DNA of 23,961 nucleotides from positions 1 through 23,961 of the forward strand of contig CAZGJX010000068.1 of the NCBI GenBank assembly GCA_964525635.1, in the 5' to 3' direction. The translations under genes were made by a program, and so were the position numbers. Below the pieces are notes generated by a model that was not told the DNA's origin, searched no databases, and saw only the letters and a program-made list of their open reading frames with translations. Position 1 is the stretch's first letter, and each line of letters begins with the position of its first letter. Source of the stretch: an uncultured archaeon (GTDB taxonomy: Archaea > Asgardarchaeota > Lokiarchaeia > Sigyniarchaeales > SOKP01). This document shows positions 17,317 to 23,961 of this stretch, in pieces.

Positions 17317-18105
17317 ATGATCAATAAAGAATTTGTTATTAATATAGAAAATCTTTCAAAATCTTTTGGTAATTTTAAGGCACTCGATAATCTTTCATTA
17401 AATATTAGAAAAGGTGAAATATATGGATTAATAGGCCCAAATGGATCAGGAAAGACAACAACTATTAATATTTTATTTGGTTTTTTGAAAGCTGATGATG
17501 GATCTAAAATCGAAATGTTAGGTCATTCAGTTCCTTCAGAATTATCTAATATTCTTAGATCTATTGGTTATGTACCTCAAGATCTTTCACTATATATGGA
17601 TTTATCAATAATACAAAACCTGCAATTCTTTGGAAAATTATATAATATATCAACTGCTTTTTTAAAATCTTCTATACAAGAAATTCTTAAACTTGTTGAT
17701 TTATTACAATTTAAGAATCGAGTATTAAATAAATGTTCTGGAGGTATGCAAAGGCGTACATCCTTAGCTGTTGCTTTATTACATAAGCCCAAATTACTTA
17801 TATTAGACGAACCAACTGTTGGAATCGATCCAGAATTACGCTATACTTTTTGGGATTATTTTAAAACATTATCAACAGAACAAGGAACTACAATTCTAAT
17901 AACAACACATTATTTAGCTGAATCTGTACATTGTGATCGAATTGGTTTTATTAACAAAAAAATTATAGTTTCGGGTGAACCTCATGAATTGCAAAAACAA
18001 ATACAGGAGAAAAATAATACAAAAGAATTACCTTCCATGGAGGATGTTTTTATACATTGGAATAAACAAATTAGTATATCAGAGAACATAGGAGGGATTA
18101 AATAA
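17317..18105 (+). CDS. ABC-2 type exporter ATP-binding subunit
   Basis: Walker A GPNGSGKT, Q-loop GYVPQ, signature CSGGMQRR, Walker B LLILDEPT and H-loop TTH. Confidence 0.97.
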   Translation: MINKEFVINIENLSKSFGNFKALDNLSLNIRKGEIYGLIGPNGSGKTTTINILFGFLKADDGSKIEMLGHSVPSELSNILRSIGYVPQDLSLYMDLSIIQNLQFFGKLYNISTAFLKSSIQEILKLVDLLQFKNRVLNKCSGGMQRRTSLAVALLHKPKLLILDEPTVGIDPELRYTFWDYFKTLSTEQGTTILITTHYLAESVHCDRIGFINKKIIVSGEPHELQKQIQEKNNTKELPSMEDVFIHWNKQISISENIGGIK

Positions 18106-19250
18106 TGGGATTTCAACAAATAATTGCCATAACAAAAAAAAATATGCAATCCCTTATAAAAGATCGTCGTACATTTGGACTTTTAATATTTATGCCTATT
18201 TTTATGATGCTTATCTTTGGGTATGGTTTCGGTCAGGGTGTAAAAAATATACCAATTAAAGTAGTAAATTTTGATGAGGGAGGAACAGGTATTCCCCCAT
18301 TTTTTAATGATACATATTTTTCATCAATTGGAATTGAATCATTAAAAAAAAGTGAAAGTGTTAGAGTATCTGAAATTCCAATAGCTAATTTTTCTTTAGT
18401 AAATGAAAAAAGTAAAATATATGGAGGTAATAATTACTATGCTTTAATAATTTTTCCAGAGAATTTTACTGAAGATATGCCTTATCCAAATCGTGAGATA
18501 AACTTAGAGATTTTAATAGATGCAAGTGAAGTCCAGGCCGCTGCGGCAGTTCAATCATCAATAGTTGAAATGTTAAATAGTATCTCTAATGCTATCGGCA
18601 ATACTACTCATTTAAAATTAAATTATGATTACGTAGCTGGAAGTCCTGATTTCCGGCCTATTGATACATTAGCTCCAGGAATTTTAAGTTTTGCAATTCT
18701 GCTCTTCATGATTTTAAATGTAACTGGAGGATTTACCAAAGAAAAGACTACAGGGACACTTTATCGTGTGGTAGCTGCGAAGACAAGTAAAGCAGATATA
18801 TTATTAGGGTATATGTTAGGTAATTCAATAATAGCTTTAATCCAGAGTTCCCTATTATTAACAATTAGCGTATTTCTATTTAATTTACATATCGTTGGCA
18901 GTTTATTATTACTATATTTAGTACTGTTTATATATGCGTTAAGTTGTATTGGAATTGGAATTCTAGCGGCATCATTTGCTAAAACGGACATTCAAGCTTT
19001 TCAATTCATCCCAATTATCTTGATACCATTCATGTTCTTTTCAGGCTTTATATTTCCAATAGATGGCTTTCCTGAGATATTCCAATGGATTTCAGTTGCG
19101 ATACCAATGACATATTCCATAAATGTTTCCAGAGCAATAATGATTAATGGCTTAGGGTTGGGAGATGTAATGTTTGACTTTATAATGCTACTCGTCTTAA
19201 CAGCGTTATTTTTAAGTATCGCGATTTTGATTTTCAAACCTAAAAAATAA
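18105..19250 (+). CDS. ABC-2 type exporter permease (YbhR/YbhS-like)
   Basis: TAATG overlap with the ATPase gene and a GGAGG RBS; TM1 plus a large extracellular domain, then APG...EK..GTL.R and FFSGFIFP...P...QWIS..IPMTY. Confidence 0.93.
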   Translation: MGFQQIIAITKKNMQSLIKDRRTFGLLIFMPIFMMLIFGYGFGQGVKNIPIKVVNFDEGGTGIPPFFNDTYFSSIGIESLKKSESVRVSEIPIANFSLVNEKSKIYGGNNYYALIIFPENFTEDMPYPNREINLEILIDASEVQAAAAVQSSIVEMLNSISNAIGNTTHLKLNYDYVAGSPDFRPIDTLAPGILSFAILLFMILNVTGGFTKEKTTGTLYRVVAAKTSKADILLGYMLGNSIIALIQSSLLLTISVFLFNLHIVGSLLLLYLVLFIYALSCIGIGILAASFAKTDIQAFQFIPIILIPFMFFSGFIFPIDGFPEIFQWISVAIPMTYSINVSRAIMINGLGLGDVMFDFIMLLVLTALFLSIAILIFKPKK

Positions 19251-19253
19251 AAG

Positions 19254-19276
19254 TTTATTTTTTCTTTTTTTTTTTT
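19254..19276 (+). terminator. T-rich terminator candidate after the ABC operon
   Basis: TTTATTTTTTCTTTTTTTTTTTT immediately after the stop at 19250. Confidence 0.5.
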
Positions 19277-19347
19277 AATTTTAAGATTTTCCAATAAAAA
19301 TACATTTAGATATTTCCATTTTTTTAGATTTAATAGTAGTAATAAAC

Positions 19348-20457
19348 TCAGGATACAGGTTCCCATAAAAGATTTAATTTAGTTGCATATTTTTTAACTA
19401 TTCGCATTTCTTCTGAGGAGGGTCTTCTATCTATTTCTGAAAACTTATGAGCTTTAAATTCTGGCCTGTATTGCCCCATAATATTAACAACACATTTGGG
19501 AACTTCATTACTTATAAACTCCAAAATAGGTTTACTGCAACATTCTACATGATTAGGTAAAACAAGATGACGGATTATTATCTCACCACTCCCCTCATCA
19601 TGAATTCTTTTAAGATTTCTAGCTATGATATCAAAATAATTCTTCACTCCAGAATATTTATAACCACATTCATTTGAAAACTTAAAATCAGGTAACCAAA
19701 AATCCATAATGTCGATTAATAAGGATAATGATTCTTCAGTCAAAAAAAAATTAGAATTCCACAGCTGACAAATATTTGTGGTTTGATGATTTAAACTTGC
19801 TATGATTGTATGAATATTTGGAATGGGATCTCCTCCCACATAATTAATATTCAAAGCTCCTTTATTTGCTAAATTTAATGCAATATTAGATAAATCAATT
19901 GCATTCACTTTTCTTGCAATTTCTGATATCTCTCTTTTTCCTTTCCAAGTTTGAGAAATATCATAATTTTGACAAAAAACACATTCAAAATTACATCCTT
20001 GAAAGAAAATAGTTCCTGAAGGAACTAAAACACTTTCTTCCCCATAATGAAGAAATGATGAAGAAACATAAGAATCGGCAGGAATTAAACAAAATCCTTT
20101 TTCACCATCAATCCTATTAATTCGACATTTCCTTTCGCAGAATATACAATCTTTGAGATATCTATATGCTATATCCTCTAATAAATTAATATATGATTTT
20201 TTTATAACTTCTCTTTCTTCTAGTATTTTAGTATCTCTAATAATAAGTTCATTAAATTCTTTACTCTTCTGCTTCTTTACTTCTATTAAATGTTCTAAAC
20301 TATCTTCAGGATTATATTCACATTCTAATGTTTTTGCTATCAAATAACGAGCTATTTGCTTTCCATCAATAATTCCACGGTATTTTGCAAATCTTTTAAG
20401 AATTTCTTCATTTTTCCATGCAATATATGCATCAGGACGACCAAAATAAAAACTCAT
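19348..20457 (-). CDS. pflX: PflX-like radical SAM protein
   Basis: CNFECVFCQN (CX3CX2C), auxiliary CIFCERKC...GFC, HYGEE..LVPSGTIFF, NYVGGDP, WNSN, LPDFKF, IIRHLVLPNH and NIMGQYRP. Confidence 0.9.
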   Translation of the reverse strand: MSFYFGRPDAYIAWKNEEILKRFAKYRGIIDGKQIARYLIAKTLECEYNPEDSLEHLIEVKKQKSKEFNELIIRDTKILEEREVIKKSYINLLEDIAYRYLKDCIFCERKCRINRIDGEKGFCLIPADSYVSSSFLHYGEESVLVPSGTIFFQGCNFECVFCQNYDISQTWKGKREISEIARKVNAIDLSNIALNLANKGALNINYVGGDPIPNIHTIIASLNHQTTNICQLWNSNFFLTEESLSLLIDIMDFWLPDFKFSNECGYKYSGVKNYFDIIARNLKRIHDEGSGEIIIRHLVLPNHVECCSKPILEFISNEVPKCVVNIMGQYRPEFKAHKFSEIDRRPSSEEMRIVKKYATKLNLLWEPVS

Positions 20458-20602
20458 ATCATTAAATTTTAATGTTAATGAAGTTTTAAATCAAATTGTC
20501 TTGATAATAAAGTAAAATTATTTAAATTTTACATAAATTTGGATTTTTAAAATAAAAGATAAATAATCAAATAATTAAGATGTAATTTAATCTTGATAAA
20601 TA

Positions 20603-21328
20603 CTAAATCTCAAAACACAACCATTTTATAATATTTTGAAAGAATTTTAAGTTATCCCCACCGTCAAGTCCAAAATCATTATCTTCTAATAGGAAATCTG
20701 ATGATCCTATTGTGAAGGCCCTACCAGTGTAAAATTCACTAATGACACAAACGGGAACTGCTCCAATTTGATCAACTGATTCATCTTGGTATCTGAATTC
20801 TGCTTTTTCAGAAGTTAAGATTAGATCATCTACTTCATCTTCGGTAATACTTAGGAAAGTACAATTAGGGAGAACAACTTCTGATATACCTTTTGTAATT
20901 GGATGTGAATATAAATCAGTAAATAATAAATTATGTTTCTTTACTAAGAAATTAGAAGATGCTTCTTGAAGCATACCATTCCAAAATCTTTTTACACCAG
21001 TTATCTTATATAAAACTCTAATTGAACCATTTTTCATAGGTATATCTCTATCACCATTAGCTCCACTAGATAGAAATAATCCTCCACCTTCTCCTACAAA
21101 TCTTTTTATTGCTTTTAGCTCTTCAGGAGTAAATTTATCATTTTTTTTATCTTGTGTATGTTTTATATTTCCAATAAATAAAACATCATAATCTTCGAGG
21201 GCTTCAAAATCAATTGGTCCTTCATTTTTGTCTATATAATCAATTTCATATAAATCTTCTCCCAAAGTGAGTTCTGGGAATTCTACCTTTTCTTTGTGAG
21301 ATAGATCTACTAATATCCGATACGACAT
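20603..21328 (-). CDS. Stand-alone GIFT-domain (GldG/IFT52/DUF4350-like, class I GATase-like fold) protein
   Basis: ILVDLSHKE, L..YDVLFI, KFTPEELKAIKRFVGEGGGLFL, HPITKGI, GRAFTIGSSDF and DNLKFFQNIIKWL; no signal peptide or TM segment. Confidence 0.75.
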   Translation of the reverse strand: MSYRILVDLSHKEKVEFPELTLGEDLYEIDYIDKNEGPIDFEALEDYDVLFIGNIKHTQDKKNDKFTPEELKAIKRFVGEGGGLFLSSGANGDRDIPMKNGSIRVLYKITGVKRFWNGMLQEASSNFLVKKHNLLFTDLYSHPITKGISEVVLPNCTFLSITEDEVDDLILTSEKAEFRYQDESVDQIGAVPVCVISEFYTGRAFTIGSSDFLLEDNDFGLDGGDNLKFFQNIIKWLCFEI

Positions 21329-21701
21329 GTGTTTTTCCAGAAATTAATATTTTATCGTTCTAAGATAATTAAGTATAATTAATTTTTATTAAGATATTAT
21401 TTAAGATTATTATATTTAAGATTTTTAAATTTTATTCATTAAGTTTTTAAGTTAGAACAAAGCATAAAAATAAAATATCTAAATATTTCAAAAAGTAATT
21501 GGATATTAAATTATAGAGATATTCTTTCTTGCACCTTCTTTATTTATAATTAAATTCTAAGAAAAAACTAAATACAACCTATTTATATAATTATCAATAA
21601 ATAATCCAAAAAAGGTGTAGAAATTGTTGTTTATTTATTATTTTTACATGTATAGATGTATAGGTGTTTTTTTTGATTATTTTATTGATTTATTTGAAAG
21701 A

Positions 21702-22421
21702 TTATCCTCCATTTTCTATGGAAATAAACTTTCTTTCTGCAGGTCCATCTTTTTTAACCACCACTACATCTATGCCATTTCCTGATGCCATATCTCTAAT
21801 AATTGATGATTTAACAGATATAATTGCTATTTCTTTACCTTCTTCGATTGATAATCCATCTTTATACTTTGCTTCAAGTACACCATAGGAAAAATTTTGT
21901 CCGCTACCAACAGCACAATACTTTTCAGGTAAGATTGAGCCTAATGCTCCAATATCTAAAAGACTAGGCCCTTCCTTTTCTGTTACTCCTCCCAAAATTA
22001 ACCCAACATAGTAAGGATTAATTTTATTTTGATAAAGAATATGTGATAACAATTTTCCTGCAGATTTAACAGGAATAGGGACTTTTTTTTCTAATTGATA
22101 AATAGAAGTTAGAGCTCTTAGATTTTCAACTAAATATTGTGCATCTGCTACCGATCCAGCGATTAATAAAAAAAGATGATCTTGAATTTTATGTATCTTT
22201 TCTGCGGTCTTGCTCGCAACAAAATAAGCCATAGAGGCTCTTTTATCTGCTGCCAATATTACAGCATCTTTACAGCATAAACCCACAATAGTAGTGCCTG
22301 TTTTGAAGAATAAGTTATTATTTTTATTTTCTTTCTTAACAAATAATCTATCTAATTCAGAATTTGATTCCCCAAATATTTCAAATTCATTATTATTAGG
22401 TATAAAATTATTCCTTCTCAT
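21702..22421 (-). CDS. psmB: 20S proteasome beta subunit
   Basis: Propeptide cleavage site KTG|TTIVG, AADKRAS, EKIHKI, AGSVADAQ, AVGSG and RDMASGNGI; catalytic Thr1, Asp17 and Lys33 are present. Confidence 0.97.
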   Translation of the reverse strand: MRRNNFIPNNNEFEIFGESNSELDRLFVKKENKNNNLFFKTGTTIVGLCCKDAVILAADKRASMAYFVASKTAEKIHKIQDHLFLLIAGSVADAQYLVENLRALTSIYQLEKKVPIPVKSAGKLLSHILYQNKINPYYVGLILGGVTEKEGPSLLDIGALGSILPEKYCAVGSGQNFSYGVLEAKYKDGLSIEEGKEIAIISVKSSIIRDMASGNGIDVVVVKKDGPAERKFISIENGG

Positions 22422-22584
22422 AATATCCTTAAAACAAAAATACTATAATAATTTTTTCAGTATAAGTTAAAAATATAAACAATTAATCTCTATAATCTTG
22501 GCTTTTTAAGGTCTATTTCTATTTTTTCAATATATCTCATCCTAGTGTTTTCTTGACATCTAAGATAAAGATATATTTTAAAAT

Positions 22585-23710
22585 TTACTCCAAGTAAAAA
22601 GTATTTGATGATTCTAGTTCATAAATAGCATTTTCAGAATTATGCTCCAAATCTTCAATTGAATTCTCTTTAAATTGCAAAGAATTTATTATTAGTGTAT
22701 TGAGTGAGACTAAATCATTTACATATTTGTTATATACATCCTTATCTAAAGAAGCTAAAAATAATTTAGCTAAATCTAATATATCAATAAAAAAAATATT
22801 ATCTTTTTTATATGTATCATTATCTAAAGAAACTAAATACTCTCGTGTCAACTGAAAAATCTTATTGCTATATTTACCATAAAAAGCTATAAAGAGTAAA
22901 CATCCTTCTTTTGCATATTTTTCTATTTTATCTAAAATTACACCAATATGTCTTTTAGATGGTATATTAAAATCAATATATATTTCTCTTATTTCTCTAA
23001 AATTTAATCCTAAACACTTCACCATCTCAGGATCTAACAATCTAATTAATTTTCTTTGTTTTGGTGAAATAATTTCAATAGAGGTGTCTATTCGATGATA
23101 GCTATATGGTTTATTAATGAATTTTTCATGATGGGAGATAATACCTAGATTAAGTAATATTTTTCTAAAAATATTTTCTAAAATAGGATGTGATATTATA
23201 CCAGTATAAGAAGATCGTTGTTTAGTCCTCTGACGGGGAATCTGATCTAAAGCAATCATCGCCACTTCACATTCTTTTGGAGCAAATTTGCTCTTTAATT
23301 GTATCAATTTTTTGATTTTTGCCACAATTGTCTGTGACATAAAAAGCCCTATTCTTATTCTATTAGAAATAGTTTTCCTATCGAAGCCGATCTCTTTACT
23401 AATCTGTGGGATGGTAACTAATCCCTTAGAATTGAAAATAGATTTGTATTTATCAGGTATATTTTCAAAAGATCCATAATGATTAAATCTTATTCTTTTC
23501 TAAAGAATAATTTTTCTTATTTACCTTTCTATTCTCTGTTCTTTGTTTTTCAGACTCAAATAATTTACTTATAGATATTAAATGATTTAGTTTAGTGCCT
23601 TTTGAAAGATTATTTAGATTCTTTATATAATAATCCTCAAGATTATTATCCAATGAAGTCAATAGGCTTTCATACTCCTCTATCACAGCCTTTAAGGCAT
23701 TTTCCTTCAT
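22585..23710 (-). pseudogene. Hypothetical HTH plus possible PD-(D/E)xK-like domain protein, apparently split by a frameshift at about 23486-23499 (ORFs 23483..23710 and 22585..23340)
   Basis: The frame of ORF 22585..23340 stays open 53 codons upstream (to 23499) without ATG/GTG/TTG, encodes an HTH (VTIPQISKEIGFDRKTISNRIR), and overlaps the end of ORF 23483..23710. Deleting one base from the run at 23496-23499 fuses them into about 374 aa. Confidence 0.6.
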
Positions 23711-23961
23711 GGTTATTAATATAAAAATAAAAATTAAATTTAAATGTAATTAAAATTATAAGGAAAAAGTAATAATTTACTGATGATTAATTATAAATAA
23801 ATATAATAAGATAGGTAATTAGAAATATCGGAAAAAAGAAAGATAATCTAATTTTAGAATTTATATAATTCTCTTAATGAAAATGAGATTAATAGATTTT
23901 ATATAATACTAACTTAACTTATGCGTTTTTTATTTTTTAAGTTTTCTATTCTTTCATTTCC

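Noticed and set aside
17577-19366. Minus-strand ORFs 17577..17792, 18761..18991 and 19001..19366
   Set aside because: Antisense shadows of the ABC transporter genes and the T-rich spacer.
21361-21422. Repeated TAAGAT hexamers upstream of the GIFT gene (possible iterons or CRISPR remnant)
   Set aside because: Short, irregularly spaced and expected in very AT-rich DNA; no repeat-spacer structure.
20153-21888. Plus-strand ORFs 20153..20347 and 21664..21888
   Set aside because: Antisense shadows of pflX and psmB.
23125-23205. GIISH pentapeptide occurring twice in the 22585..23340 ORF
   Set aside because: The underlying codons differ and there is no wider repeat; probably coincidental.
23288-23479. 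63-aa plus-strand ORF
   Set aside because: Antisense to the HTH-encoding minus-strand frame, which is the better-supported reading.
23914-23961. Possible 3' end of a minus-strand gene entering from beyond the window (GNERIENLKNKKRIS*)
   Set aside because: Only 15 codons are visible; it cannot be supported.

Overview
Very AT-rich archaeal chromosomal window; the gene content and GGTGA-type ribosome-binding sites suggest an Asgard/Lokiarchaeia-like organism (inference). From left to right it holds: the 3' part of a long LRR-TIR gene interrupted by one frameshift and one in-frame TAA; a complete minus-strand A/V-type ATPase operon in the unusual order K-C-H-F-E-A-B-D-I, followed by a 2-TM zinc-ribbon gene; pncA-uppP; an ATP-grasp kinase with ITPK1-type motifs; a helix-hairpin-helix/long-FKBP fusion; a 4-TM protein; a TrmB regulator divergent from an ABC-2 exporter, with two perfect 18-bp palindromes between them; a PflX-like radical SAM enzyme; a stand-alone GIFT (GldG/IFT52-like) domain protein; proteasome beta; and a probably frameshifted HTH plus nuclease-like gene. 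The most notable observations are the LRR-TIR architecture, the ITPK1-like kinase, the apparent absence of canonical start codons for atpC and atpF (ACG/ATT candidates), and the extra gene at the end of the ATPase operon. No rRNA, tRNA, CRISPR array or transposase was recognised. All family assignments come from motif recognition by eye; no searches were run.
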